Below, one piece after another: positions 27,091 through 54,913 of a stretch of DNA of 64,000 bases. Both the position numbers and the translations under genes were made by a program. The notes beneath the pieces are model-generated. The model was not told where the DNA came from and did no database searches. It worked only from the letters and a program-made list of their open reading frames with translations. This DNA comes from Chrysomallon squamiferum. Its lineage: Eukaryota; Animalia; Mollusca. Location: the NCBI GenBank assembly GCA_012295275.1, contig CM022676.1, positions 7,006,001-7,070,000 of the forward strand. Reading direction: 5' to 3'. The stretch's first letter is position 1, and each line of letters starts with the position of its first letter.

Positions 27091-27440
27091 AGAGAGAGAG
27101 TAACTAACAAAATATGTCATATCCTCTTCGCACTATTTTTTAAAGATGTGAATAATGCGATTCTTCCAGTAATCTAGAATAAAGTTAAATATGCACAGGG
27201 AACCTGTAATTCAGTTACAATTTGGATTATTACTCAGAGAAAATAAATAATTACAGTTTTATCTTCATAAACATTGGGAGACGATGGAATGGATGAATGG
27301 AATGGGATAACATTTGAAAACCATTTTACGAATGATTAATATTTGAAAATAATACATTTTAAGTCTGGTTAAAGAGTCCGGTTAACGTTTCAGCATTCGC
27401 TCTAATAAGCAGGGTAGCTAACTCTGTCTTAATAATATTT

Positions 27441-27448
27441 ACTTCCGG
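27441..27448 (+). promoter_or_regulatory. ETS-type motif (ACTTCCGG) immediately upstream of the RBBP5 start codon
   Basis: ACTTCCGG begins 24 nt upstream of ATG 27465, in a locally CpG-retaining patch typical of housekeeping promoters. Confidence 0.5.
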
Positions 27449-27464
27449 TGTATGAGTGGGGACA

Positions 27465-40997
<13,533 letters not shown>

Positions 40998-41391
40998 AAT
41001 TTGAAGATGTCAGTTCAAAGTGAAGAGGAATAACACATACAAACAACAAAGTTACTATTAATAACTGATGTCAACCTGTTTTTAGTGCTGTTTTAACACA
41101 ATGATCTATCAAGTTCATGTTTATAAACAGTTAACAAACAATTAGAGACATTGTAATTATTCAGTCATCTTAATTCATTTATGTACGTGTTTTTGTACGT
41201 ATATATTACAATTTTATCTTCATGTTACCTGCATACTCTGTCACACAAGCATTAAAAAAAAAAAAAAAAAAATTAAACTCATAAATAATTATAAACATAG
41301 ATACAGAAACATAGTTCCAGAGACAGAATGAATTTTTCTCAACTTTTCAAATATATTTTAATGTTAGCTATTAATAACATGAGAAAAGACA

Positions 41392-41427
<36 letters not shown>

Positions 41428-42261
41428 TGTGGTGCCTTAATTACTAATCCACACAGAGCACTGGTTAGAACTGAAAATAACCAAATCGTTACTTTATTTC
41501 TGAAAGCTAATGTACCATAGATAGGTACTCTAATCAGATGAATTATAGCATGAATCAGATGCATACATAAATAAATATGTAATAAACTGCATCAAATAAT
41601 AGATAATATATTTTAAATTATGAAACCTGAAATATGCATATTTGCATAGTAACTGAAAGGGATACCAATTTGTGTGCATATGCATGCCTGTGTGTGTGTG
41701 TGTGAATATGTTGCAAGGATGTGCATGTCTGTATGGTGTGAATGAATGTGTATGTGCATGTTGCGTATGCATGTGTTAGCATGGATGTGTTTATGGTTTA
41801 AACATAGTATTGAAGAATATATATTTTTGGAAAATGCTCTTTATGCTAAGTCTCATTATAAATCTGCGAATAAATGTCTTCTTTGGATGGGCGAAACTAC
41901 AAAAAAGATTAGAAAAAACACACATAGACATAAAATAATTTTTAAGAACTTGCATGCACCACAAAAACAAAATAAACCTTACTTTTATTGTGGTTGTAAA
42001 TATATTTCTTATTTTAAGTGTTGTACGTGTTAGCTTATGGAAAGAAAAAACTTATGTTTTAGTATTTGTGTAAATAAACAAACACACTAAAACATACTGG
42101 TATTTGTTGTTACTTTTATTATTGCAGTTAATTCTGGATAACAAAAAAATTAATAATACTAACATCAGCAGTATTTGTTATTGTTTAAAATAGTTAATTG
42201 GGTAACAAATTTAATATAATCTCATCTTTATTGTATGTTACTTTTATCATTATCATCAACA

Positions 42262-42293
<32 letters not shown>

Positions 42294-43761
42294 TTATTTT
42301 ATTTTTTATTTTTTTTTTTTTTGTTCTATTATATGAATATTGGGCCCTATTATTTCAACAATGCAAATAATGTCTGAATAAAAAGAATAATATAACCGAT
42401 TACAAAATGAAGTAATATTCATACTGTGGTTGTTTTATTTTATTTTATTTTAAATTTTCGTCCATTATTAATTAATTATTAAATATAACAACCAAAGATT
42501 AGTTTTTAAAAATCTGGGCATCGTCATTTTTTATCTAAATCGATTAATATGACAAAAGTGTTGCATGAAAAAAAAAAAAATACAATGAAAAAACAACAAC
42601 AAATAAACAGAACTGACAGGCCGCCGAACAGTCGATCACGTGATTAAGGACAGGTTAAAAACGAAAAACGACAAATGCCACGTTGACAGTTTTTTCAACC
42701 CATTCGTTATTACAAAATTTAAAGAATCTGGCAACTCAATGATTGAACAAATGTACTTTTTTGTGTGAAAGTGACGATAGTTTGTGATTATAAGAAAGAA
42801 ACGGAGTTAGTAAATGGTATATAGAGTTATCTAACTTCAATTATCTGCATATAAATTACTCCAATTCTTCAAATCCATCTTCCTTTACCAACAAATTAAC
42901 AAATAAGCAAAAACTGTAAGAGTTGGCATTTAATTATTATTTATTTCATATAAGTTTAATAATAAATTGTAAACTACGGTTATTAAGCTCTGTAAAACGA
43001 AAGGATTAAATTAATATTTATTTCTGTTATTAAAAATGCATGTGTATCTGTTGGTTATAAACCTAAAGAAGTACTTCATTTCAAGTAAAAGTGATAGCGG
43101 ATAACACAAATAGACAGACATATCCGTAAAAAGCAATATCTTTCATTTACACTCATACAAACGCACGCATACACAGAGGGCAATAATTACGTAAATAAAT
43201 CAAACATTCATTCAAAATTGAATTTGATAATATCTTACAAAGATAAAAATATTTTATTACAAATTACATTTAATAAATCTTTTAATATCAAAAAAGTTAT
43301 TTAATGTACGTATATAATTATAATAAAATTAATTTTTAAATTCTATTTTTTTGATGTCAGTCTTGTTCTCGATGAGAACTGTTAGTTACAACATTTTAAT
43401 AAATAAGTAAATAAATAAATAAGGTATCTTGCTATATAAAAGTGTATTAGGAATCTAATTATGTAACAATAAAATAACAAGCTCGTAAAAACGAACAGAG
43501 AGACTGACATTTTTCTTTTTAAATGACGTCATTTGTCTTTATATATATAATGACAGACATGACGTTTTGTCAACATTTTTTTGTGTACAAGATGATATCA
43601 CTTATTTTATGATCACCCTTTATTAGTATTAAAGATTGGTTCCAAATACGACAAATGAAACAATACTTGAAAGTATATATATATATAGTTAGACAGATAG
43701 AAAGATATAAAATGTATCAAGGCTATTTGTGCCGGGTTACCAAAATACTCTGAGTAGTGGT

Positions 43762-44661
43762 TTATGAGTCGAAGAAATTCCCACACTCTGGCGGAAATGT
43801 ACGAACTGCATCACAACATCGCGCTGGCATTGGCATGGCTCGCGATTGGCTTGCAACGACGGGTTTTTCTTCAATCGCCTTCCCACACTGTGGCGGAAAC
43901 GTACAACCTGCAATCGGTGGCTGGCGACACGGCGGCTCCCTTATTTCAATTAAGTTATCAGGCCACTGCGTTTCTGCGTCAGTTTTTGGCTCCGGATGAC
44001 GATACGGCCATTTGACGTGATCGACGTAGTAATTTAGTGGTGGAATTATCTTGGGCGGGACGCTTTGAAAAAAGTAAATAATAAATAAATAAATTGAAAG
44101 GGAGGGCAACATATTTTATTACTACTTATCTTTTTCTTTTTTTCTTTTACTTATTTATTTATTTATTTATTTTAAATTATTTTTTTTTTTTATTCTACGC
44201 TCTTAATTATATTACACTGGGGCAGCCATAACCAGTTCGTACGCCATTATCATTATGCATGCTTAAAGAAAGAAAAATAAGACAGAAAAGAAAAGGAAAA
44301 TACATGTAGGTATAATTTAAAAGAATTCTCACTAATGTTTGGTAATCGGCCAGTCCAAGTCTGCTAAAGACTGCGACTCGTCTGTCTCTGTGCTCGATTC
44401 ATCTGGCGTCGTAATTCGTGAGCTTCTGCATTCTTTCGGCCTAAGATCTTGTTGTTTATGACACGACGATTGCCAAATCGGACTCATCCGACCACTGGAC
44501 ACTGGAGTATTAGGCGGGACATGTTGGACATCTTGCTGGACATCTTGCTTATTTTCTTGAACGTTTTCGCGTCGAATACTTTCAGTTACTGGTTTGTGAC
44601 GACACGGCCAGTTTACCGCTTCAAGGGATACGTTTCGTTCAGCGCTTTTGTCGACCGACAT
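43762..44661 (-). CDS. Uncharacterised two-exon Pro/Ser-rich protein (209 aa) with repeated WP motifs, similar to the Flattop C-terminal exon
   Basis: ATG at 44661 is preceded by an in-frame TAA. Exon 44661-44333 ends at a phase-2 donor TA|GTGAGA, and exon 44062-43762 starts after TTTTTTCAAAG| in the matching phase, fusing two track ORFs (..DWPITKHYVPPKIIPP..). Both exons are GC-rich, stop-free islands in about 75% AT DNA (estimated by eye). Confidence 0.72.
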
Positions 44662-44675
44662 TTAACCTCTTTTTA

Positions 44676-44726
<51 letters not shown>

Positions 44727-44756
44727 TTTTTGTACGTAAGTCTGAGCCACTACAAT

Positions 44757-44834
<78 letters not shown>

Positions 44835-45049
44835 TAAATAAATAAATAAAAATAATAGTAATAATTATAATATGCGGATTTTCTTGTTATCAGTTTTGAC
44901 TTTATTATTATCTACGATTTTCACACGGGGAAGAGTTTGTTAGCATTTAGATAATGTAAAGCTCTACATAAATTTAGTCAGGAAATTACTTACTACGGAA
45001 TGAAGAAAATGATTTACTTTAAATTTCAAGTTAAGTAAGTATTGTACCC

Positions 45050-45127
45050 ACCTGTAATTTGCAGGCAACTGTTGTATTTTCGTTAGTTTCATATGACGTA
45101 TAATATATTAATGGTGAAATGACGTCA
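45050..45127 (-). promoter_or_regulatory. Candidate promoter / non-coding first exon of the orphan gene, with a perfect CRE palindrome
   Basis: TGACGTCA at 45120-45127, a half site TGACGT at about 45094, and a minus-strand donor CAG|GTGGGT at 45052/45051. Confidence 0.4.
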
Positions 45128-46111
45128 TAAAACAAAATAGGTTTTAAAGATATAATAAATATTAATTTTGTCACAAACAAAATAAATCATTATTAATAAA
45201 CATATTATCGTTATTAGGATACTTTTAAGAAAAACAACAAACACAATCCATAAAATTTTAACAACTGTTTTTTTTTTAATTTTATTTTATTAAACAAATA
45301 GTAATCCCCCCCAATTTCGGTTTTGTTGTCTTTTCAAGACTGTCCTAAGATCGTTAACAGCGTATAAGCAATAATCGTAAGATAATTAAATATTTAAACT
45401 TTAATTAAACCTTAGAAATCTTAGTAAATGTCACTGAGTATTAAGTGAATGAAAAATTAACATGCTAATTAGAATAAACTGTTGTGAAGAACGCTTATAC
45501 TAGTTAAATTAGTCATGTTCAATGACCGATGCCAAACGACTATTGAATTATAAGCTCATATTACATTTGTTTATGGTAACGATTGCAGTGTATTCTTATT
45601 CGTCTTTTCTTAGTTTATGATTAATATGTTGTATTTATGATACACTGAATTAATAAAGTTATTTAACCAGAACGGTAAACTAAATAAACAGTAACTATTT
45701 GGGAGAAAGTGCAGAGATGTAAATACATGTGTGATTATGTTTTAAAACTGTTCTCAGTTTTGTTTGTGCTTGCTTTGTTTTCTTTCAAAACACTAACCAG
45801 TACATTATATATAAAAAATTGAATAAAAAAATGTCACGTTTTAAAACATTTATTAAACAGATCCATACAATAATAATAATAATAATAATAAACAACTAAT
45901 TTAAGACTGTGTAATATTAACATATGTGTTTCTAGGGCTTTATGCTAAACAAATGAAAACAGCCAATGGAAATTTTAATAAAACCAAATTCTCTTTAACA
46001 AAGAAAACAAAATCCATATTTCACTCAACAAAATACAAAAAAATGATGCCATGGAAAATCTAGTGTAACCCCCCCCAAAAAAAAACCCCATTAAATATAA
46101 TATAATAAATA

Positions 46112-46171
<60 letters not shown>

Positions 46172-47596
46172 AAACAACAATAAACTAAATAAAATGAAAA
46201 TCTAATGCAACATTAATTAAACTAGGATGGCAGATAATAATATCACATCTATTTAAATAGACAAAGTAAACTGAAGATAATAACTATACAAATAACATCA
46301 AAACCTAACCTCATCACAGATTTGCACAAGAATTGAGATCAACATAAAACAGTGAATAAACATTTTAAAAACCAGCCATTGAGAAAATAAGAGAAAAAAT
46401 ATTCTTGTTCCTTTCTTGTGAAATAAAATAGTTATTCAAATAAAGTGTTTAAAAAATCTATTTTAAAAATATAAAAATATAATTTAAACATATAAAGAGT
46501 GACATATATGTAAGAGATGTAAGTTAAAATGGGGTTGGAAATATATATTTCAGTATTTTTTTTCTTTACATTTTCTTCTTTTTTAAATTAAATATATAAC
46601 AATTTGACTAGACTACCTTAAACTGGCTATGTATTTCTAATTTGTAATAAGCTAGAATTATATATATATTTTCAAAAATAATTAAATTTATTTGAATATT
46701 AATTAAAGAAAAAAATACAAATTCATTATAGTTGCTAATTATTTTATTTAGAAATAGGCAAATTTTGCACATTTAAATATTACCAATAAATAATTCTTAA
46801 TGAACAACAAATAATTATATATTTAAATAATTATTTCTTTATTATAGGCATAAATATTAACTTCAGTTATTTTATTAAAAGGTAATTATATAAGGTTTGC
46901 CCTACTTTTTAATGACACTTTGTTTTGTTTTCACATTAATTAGAAGCAGCATTACATCATTATGTAATTAAACTTGTGCTTTTCTATGTGTATGTACATG
47001 TGAAAAATATGCTGTAAAAATATATTTTTAACGAATATGTGGTCTAGAAGTATTGTATAAAATTAGTAACCATGTATAGATGGAAACAATGTAAAAATGT
47101 ATTTTGGGATTAAAAGGACAAAAAGAATCCAGAGTGTTTTGCATAATATATATCAAATCAGATTGATGGACAGAAAATGTAGAATTATTTATGCAAATTC
47201 TCATTTCATCTATTAATGATTGTATTTTAAAGTATCAAAAACATGTTGTATATAAAGGACAATTTTTAAAACATTATTTTGATAATTACTTGAAAAAAAT
47301 AAAATATATAATAAAAGAAACTGATTCATAATTATTGAAATAATAATTATTATTATTTTTTAAACTTTTTAAAAATCCATTCCAAAATAAAATATTTCTG
47401 TCATAAAACTTACTTTTCATAAGTAAATTCTAAATTACAAAAAAAAAAAAAAAAAAAAAGATCTGTTTTGAAGTAATAACTTCTTTTATATTGTTACGAG
47501 AATAATAACATTAATTTGCTGATTAAGCTGAAGGTCCATTTTTTATTACAACAACATGCAAAAGAGGAGAGACAGAGAGAGAGAGAGAGAGAGAGA

Positions 47597-48216
47597 TTAT
47601 GAATCATTCATGGCTTCAGGCAAAGGCCATTCCACTCCATCAGGACTTGTAGTCACTTCCGGAATTTTAGGTTCGGGGACGACATATTCGCGTTCTGGTG
47701 TCATTCGCTGCGGATTACACTGTCGATCAGATGCAATGGGAGTGTTAACCATATTGTTTCTTGCGGACTCTTCGCCTCTCGATCTCGACACTGACTGTCG
47801 ATCCTGTGGACACGGCCATCTTACTTTGTCAATGGACTGGATCTCAGAACCTGCCTCTGGTGGAGACTGAATCGTATTGGGTGGAAGTACGCCTGTGGTG
47901 GGTGAGGGATTGCGGGCACCTGATCGGAGGCCAGAATCGGTCTTGGGTATGCCATTGGGTGACTGTTCGTCGTACTGTGGCAGCATGTCTCCAGTTTTGC
48001 CAGCTTCGACATCCGGCTTTATAGCTAGAGGCAGAGGAATCTGTGTAGAGATAATACTGACTGATGAATGATTAATAATGATTGGGTATTTATCATCACC
48101 AGATAAATATCTGTTTGCATCTATATCTGTAACCTGTATCTTATCTACATTTGTATCTGTATCTGCCTTCCTGTCTGTCTATCTACCTTTCTAGCTAGAC
48201 AGATATCTGTGTTCTT

Positions 48217-48260
<44 letters not shown>

Positions 48261-50431
48261 GTGTGTGTGATTCTGCTTATGAATTTGATGTTATAATTAG
48301 TTGTGCAGAATAACATCTGAGGTTTGTAAATTCTCTTCAAGTAATGTATCCAAGCCTGATTATATGCTAATTACTTATCCATGTTATTTTAAAATTTTAT
48401 AATAATAATAATAAATAATAACAACAGTGATAATAATAATAAATAAATAAGCAGTAATCATAATAACAACAACAACTACAATAATAACAATAATAATAAT
48501 AATAATGGTAATAATAATAATGGTAATAATAAAACAGCAACAATAATAAACAAATAAATAAATAAATAACAAAAGATTACTCTTGATTTTTTCAGCTTGC
48601 CACTAAGAATGATATCTCCCTCTGTCTTTATACGTTGAAGTTTGTCAACAGCCTTTTCGCATCTTGCAGTTGTGTTCATCATTGAATTGCCTGAAATATA
48701 CATCATTTCCATTTTAATATTTATCTAGTTGTACACACAGACTAAATACATTTTTATTTCTTATTTTATTTATATTTCTAACCAAACATTATTACTAATA
48801 AAGACATAATATGCATCACATGTTTGTATAATGTGTATCTATTCAAACAGTAAACAACATATCCTTGCTTATCTTGTATCTACATGTATGAATATACAAA
48901 ATATTCCTCATACAGAAGACATTCTTAATGTACAAAAGATTCCTCATCACAGAACAAAAAAAAAAAGTGTAATGGGCTTCTTTAGAAAGTATGTAAAAAT
49001 GATCAGAAATTACATTTGTTTTGATGTATCAAAATATACTAATTACATAAAATAGTGTTTGTGAATAATAAAAATTTATAATGTATTATTTAAACAAATT
49101 CTTTTGCAACACAAATTATGAATATTAAATTGTCTAGGTGTGAACAGTTAATGGTCTTGTACCTGGCAGTCTGGCAGGCATATCCCATGTTCCTACAAAA
49201 GTCCCCCATGGAGATGTCCTTGACCTTGGAACTCCAGTTGAAATATGGCCACGGTCATTGGCAATGATTTCAGTGACACCCTCTCTTCTTCTAGGCATCT
49301 GAATAATTTTAATTCAAAAAAAAAATGTAATTAATTAATTTATTTATTTATGTTATTAGACTTCAGTATTTTCTGTTCGCATTTGGAATTTGTTATATTG
49401 AAATTACATATAAAATATATAATATGTGCTATAATAATGCAGTAGGATGGAAAAACGAAATAATAATAATAATAATTAAAAAATTAAAATTAAAATAAAA
49501 AAAGAAAGAAAAGAAAGAATGAAAGAAAAACTATACTGTAATTTGATGTTCATCTGATAAAAAAAAAAGTGAAATTATTCTAAGAAAGACTGAATATACA
49601 TTAAACTAAAATTTGAAAAATCTTTTGAATTATAGTATATCTTACAATTTGTTTCCCCTACATATTATTAAATATGAACAATAAATCTAATTAAAGTTAT
49701 TTACCTTTCCAAGATCTTTTGGAACTTCCCAGTTTTGAAGACAAATTGGATGAAATGTTTTTTCATACTGAAAAACATAATATTGTAATAACAATAGCTA
49801 TAGTAGTAGTAGTAGTAGTAGTAGTAGTAGCTGTTGTAGTAGGACTAATAGTAGTAGTTGTAGCAGTCTTTGTAGTAGGACTAATAGTAGTAGTTGTAAT
49901 AGTCTTTGTACTAGAAGTACTCTAAGACTAATCGTTTTCTAAGTTGTCGTTGCAGCTGTTGTAATACTAATAAGAAATAGTACTAACAGTTTCAGAAACT
50001 GTAACACTTAGATATCCCTAATTCATCTGATTATTTTAACTATTTTATTTATTTATTTATTTTAATTATAAAATTAAAGCACTGGGTAAAAAACTAAATT
50101 ATTATTATTGTTGTTGTTTTATCTTATCATATATGAAATTATGAAAATTAATGTTATAAATTAATATATATATATAAAGAAGCAATTATTACTTTTTGAA
50201 AAAGTAATCATCAAAACGTAGCAAAATCCTTAATCATCCTGTATTCTATCAAAACAGCTAAACTGTCCAATGAAATTTAAGAACACAATTAAATGACTGT
50301 AATTAAATATTTCAATCTAAGTCGTGTCAGTTTTAAGTTATGTGCTAATGTTTCAAATAATATATAACTCACGACTAAAATTATCTAAATACTTGCTGTC
50401 TTACCTGATTTGCATCAAAATTAGTAGACAT
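47597..50431 (-). CDS. CFAP126: Flattop / cilia- and flagella-associated protein 126 with an extended low-complexity C-terminus (259 aa)
   Basis: Exons 50431-50405, 49767-49705, 49298-49163, 48690-48581, 48040-47597, all GT-AG and in phase. MSTNFDANQYEKTFHPICLQNWEVPK..GVTEIIANDRGHISTGVPRSRTSPWGTFVGTWDMPARLPG matches the Flattop family signature (ANQYE..LQNW..IIANDRGH..PWG.F.GTW.MP). Confidence 0.92.
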
Positions 50432-51464
50432 GTTTGCGTTTGTTAGCTTGATTAATAATATTATTAATTTTTAAGAGCTCTGTTTTCAAACTGTAAACGG
50501 AAGCTGTCGTCAACACAATCGTTGCCAAGGAAGTGGAGGTTCGCAGAGAAAGTGGGCGTCGCTAAAACGCGGACCGAAAAGTGACTATTTCTGTCACTGC
50601 ATTTGTATTCTATGTATTTGAGTGAACCGGTCAAAATGTATTGTATTTAAAAAAACAAATAAAAAAAAACATTATTTCTACAAAAATTTAGAAATGTATT
50701 CAGATTTTTTTTTTAAGTTGAAAAAAGAAAATAAAAGAAAAGAAAGATGAAGGAGATAGGAAAAGGAAATAAATAATTTATAATAAAAAAAAAGTTGATT
50801 ACTATAATTTGAAATAATTATCTAAACGTATCATTTTCATTTTCTTTCTGGTCTGTTTATTTATTTATTTATAATTTTTATATGTATTTTGGGTCTTTTA
50901 TGTAACACTGTGTAATGTCATTTATTACTTTTATCATCATCTTTTGTCGTTTTGAGCTGTATCTGTCCGTCTGTCTGTCAGTGTATGTGTGTGAGTGGGC
51001 GCGCACGTCCACACCCGCACTCTCGTTCATCGTACTGACTTTTGCAGGTTTTTATTATTTATTTATTTATTTATTTATTGAAATAGGAAGGTTACAATAG
51101 GGGTTTTTGGGTGGGGGTTTTGGGGGTGTGTTTTTTTATACCACTTCCGAGTTCGGTTACTAATGCTACCTGATAAAATGACAAAAATATGTTACAAAAG
51201 TTATGTATTCATAACTGCACACTCCGTTCTGACTGTAGAAAAAAGATGATAAGACTTAAATTATCATCATCATTATCATCATGTATTTGAAGCCATATGG
51301 AGAGGCAGAAAAAAAAAAAAATATATATATATTATTTTGTTTTTCTGTAGGGGTGGTTTTTGGTTGTATTTTTTCCGGACCTAAATCGGAAGTGACCATG
51401 AGGTTCCGGTTTGCCAGTGAGAAGACAACTCATAGAACAGAACTGCGTGCTGTTCTCTTTCGAC
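50432..51464. promoter_or_regulatory. Divergent promoter region between CFAP126 (-) and TMEM147 (+)
   Basis: Start codons are about 1 kb apart and head-to-head. CpG-retaining patches occur at 50495-50580, 50995-51035 and 51370-51465, with ETS-like CGGAAG/TTCCGG motifs and an RFX-like half site GTTGCC at 50521. Confidence 0.6.
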
Positions 51465-52777
51465 ATGACATTTTTTCATTTTGGTAACTGTGTTGCGCTG
51501 GCCTATGTGCCTTATGTTATTATTTACAAATGTTCAGGCCTGTAAGTCACTTACTTAATTTTACTACATTTTTTACTTAATAATTTATTATCATATTAAT
51601 CAATATTGTTTCAGAAATGTCTAGCGGCCTACTGAAATTAGTGAAAAAGTACTGAAATATTTTCTTTTAAAATAATTTTATAAATTATAATTATAGTGAT
51701 TAGACTAAACTGATCATTTAATATTAAAGTTGTAATACATAATAAATAAATCGCTAATAAATGTCGTTAGTCAGCTCATGTTTTATTGAATATTTTGCTT
51801 CGATTCGTAACACATTGTAAACATTGTTGCTGGTGCAGATTTATGTTCAAATGTTAAAGTTGACGTTGAAAATAGAAGCGTGTATAATAATTTTGCATGA
51901 ATTTGTAAGTTAAAAATTTAAATGTTAGACCAAAGATGCCTCAATAATTTTATTTACTACCTTGCAATATAAAGATTTAACTTATAAATTTATCATATTT
52001 TCCACCATAACATATATTTGAATAATTAAGAAAAAAATAATTAAATTTAATTAAAAAAATTACATAGTAAAAAAATAACTGAATACAGACTAGATGATAG
52101 TCGATGAATAGGAAATAATATAATTATGCATTTTCTTTTAATTTTAATTCTTGTATGTATTCTTTTTAGAGCTGAATACAGTGCATTTTGGAAATGTGTG
52201 CAGGCTGGAGGAGCTTACATGTTCACACAGCTCTGTAAAATGATGATACTTGCCACATTTTTCCCAGCTTCTGAAATGCCAGTTGGAGGATTTGACGTCA
52301 CTGGGGTAATGCTGTTAACAACAACAACAACAACAAAAGAAAATAAATAAATAAATACTTTACTTAAAATATAAGGAGGATATTAAATTTCCATTTAATA
52401 TAAATGTACAAGTTATTTTTGTTAGTTGAGCCATAATAATAATACAACTATTTATTATTGTGGAATTAGGTTATATTTATTTAATTTATAATGTAAAATT
52501 TTGTAGGCATTTTATATATTTACAGTATAATTAAATATTTATTTTCTAATTTCTGTTTGTGTAATAGACTGTATTTATAAAAATGAAGAAAGATGTATAA
52601 TAATTAATATATATCACTATCTATCTATCTAATTTTGATTCTGATAATTTTAAGATTTAAAACAAAATTATTTTCTAAATTATTATTATCTGTCTTTTTA
52701 AAAAATTTATATGCATAAATTGTCTTTCTGGGGGTTTGTTTGTTTCCAGTCTAGATTTATCCATTTTATTGAAATTT

Positions 52778-52808
<31 letters not shown>

Positions 52809-53419
52809 TTGTTAGGAGTTTCTAAAGTCCACTGTGGATCTGGCTGATCTTGTTGGTATACATTTTGTGATGTCAAAGATTGCTGGGAAAGGTCAGCTGA
52901 AGTTCATGACAGCTGGGATGGGCTGGGCAACAGCAGAGCTTGTTATGACACGGTTAGAGTCTTCTTAGTACTTCTCCATAGTTTTTAAAATATCTCATTT
53001 ATCATTTTACACTCAGTTTACCGGATTTAAGAAAATCCTGATAAAACCTGGATAATTTACAAATCCACACTGATTCTGAATGAATTATATGTACTTCGAG
53101 ACGATACCAGAAAACTGGGACGTGATGTTCAAAATGTTTTTTGTGTGTCTTAGAGCTGCTTTTTTTATCCATTCATTTTGTATTCAAGTTGCAAGAACAT
53201 GACAAGAAATAGAGTTTGACACTTTCTATGCACTTCTCCAGGCTTTTAATAAAATTTATTACTGTTAGAAAGTATTTATTTTTAATTATACGCAATAACA
53301 ACAACTTAAAAAAAAAAAAATTATATGTATACCAGCACAATTTTTTGTAAACATTGTTTTCTTTTGTTCAATATTCATCAGATGTATGCAGTGTTCATTG
53401 ATAAAAATTTTACTTTATT

Positions 53420-53473
<54 letters not shown>

Positions 53474-54913
53474 TTTAATTTTAATTTTATTTTTATTATT
53501 ATTTTAATTTAGAGTTTTACCTCTGTGGGTTGGAGCTCGTGGTGTAGAATTTGACTGGAGATATATTCAGATGAGTTTTGATTCCAATGTTAGCCTTGTA
53601 AGTATCATCATCATCATTGTCGTTAATAAGGCTTCTACAAATCTTCGTTTAAAATATTTATAAAGCATTTATTTACTAGCTTATAAAAATCAGTAGAATA
53701 CTTCAATGTTTTTTTAAAAAAAATAATGGTCATAAGATCAATTATTTTCTAAAAATACTTTTTTTTTTTTTGCTCTTTTTTCCACATAATAGTCATAAGA
53801 TCAGTTCTCCTCCTTATATTATTTTCTGTTAGAAGCAGTGTTTTGTCTTGAGATACAATAAGTCACTGGATGTTTTCTTCCTGATGTATCTACAAAGCTG
53901 TTTTATAAAAAAAAAAAATTTTTAAATTCCTGATTCATCATATAAGTATGGCAGTGTTGGTATGATAGTATTTTCTGCTATAACCATTTTTATAAACAAA
54001 TTGAGTGAAATGATTTCAGTTTTAATGAATTTTATTATTAATATTTTTTTTTTTTCCAGATTCATCATATAAGTATGGCAATGCTGGTGTGGTTGTACTG
54101 TAGAAGTGATTTACAGAAATCTTTAATTCCCATAGTGATAGCTTTACTGGCTCTTGGATGTTACAGGCCTCTCATTGTAGAGTAAGTAAATATACAGTTT
54201 ATCTCTCTTTTATGTCTATCATTATGTCTGATCTGGTTTTATTTGTTGTTTTTGTTGCGTTTTTGGTGTGGAGGGCACTAATGCAAGTTTGATTGTATGA
54301 AATTTAAAAAAAAAAAACACAAACAATCCAGATTTTTACTGAATGATTAAAAAATTAATTAAATTCAGTTTATCATTTTACTTTTCTTACTTTCCTCCTT
54401 TTTTCTTTCATTTGAGAGAGTTTTGTCTTTCTTTTTTTATTTTCAGTTTCATTATATCATCTTTCAGTTGCATCTTTATTTTTTAAATTCCTTACTCACC
54501 CAGCATTTTCAATTTTATGTGATAAAGATTATTTAAACTTCTTTTTTATTATTATTTTGAATTCTACACACACACACACACACACACAGAAAGAAGGGGA
54601 TTAAATACATACAAACACATATACATCCATGCCTGCACACAATAGATCAAAGATCTATTTTATTTTTGTCTCTCACCCTCTCTTTTTTTTTTCAATGTTA
54701 ATTCTGTATTTTATTTACTGATTAACAAACTTGTAAAATATATATATATATATATATTTTTTTTTTTTTCCCCTCAGAATTCTTATACACGCCATAGGGC
54801 TTGGATCATGGACATTGTTGTTAGCAAAAGCCATCTTCACAGCCACTGTTGCAATGATTTCACTACAGATGTATCTGGGAATTCCTTCACAGCTTGCCAA
54901 CTCGTATTACTAA
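51465..54913 (+). CDS. TMEM147: Transmembrane protein 147 (BOS complex subunit), 230 aa
   Basis: Exons 51465-51541, 52170-52305, 52816-52952, 53513-53597, 54060-54181, 54778-54913. Translation: [111 protein letters not shown]. Confidence 0.97.

Noticed and set aside
27100-27180. Possible H/ACA snoRNA (hairpin followed by ACA on the minus strand)
   Set aside because: There is no lower stem, the stem-to-ACA spacing is too short, and no first hairpin or H box was identified.
44332-44676. Orphan ORF as an alternative last exon of CFAP126
   Set aside because: An in-frame TAA directly precedes its ATG, and phase-0 splicing into the nearby AGs gives only short unrelated frames. It was treated as a separate gene.
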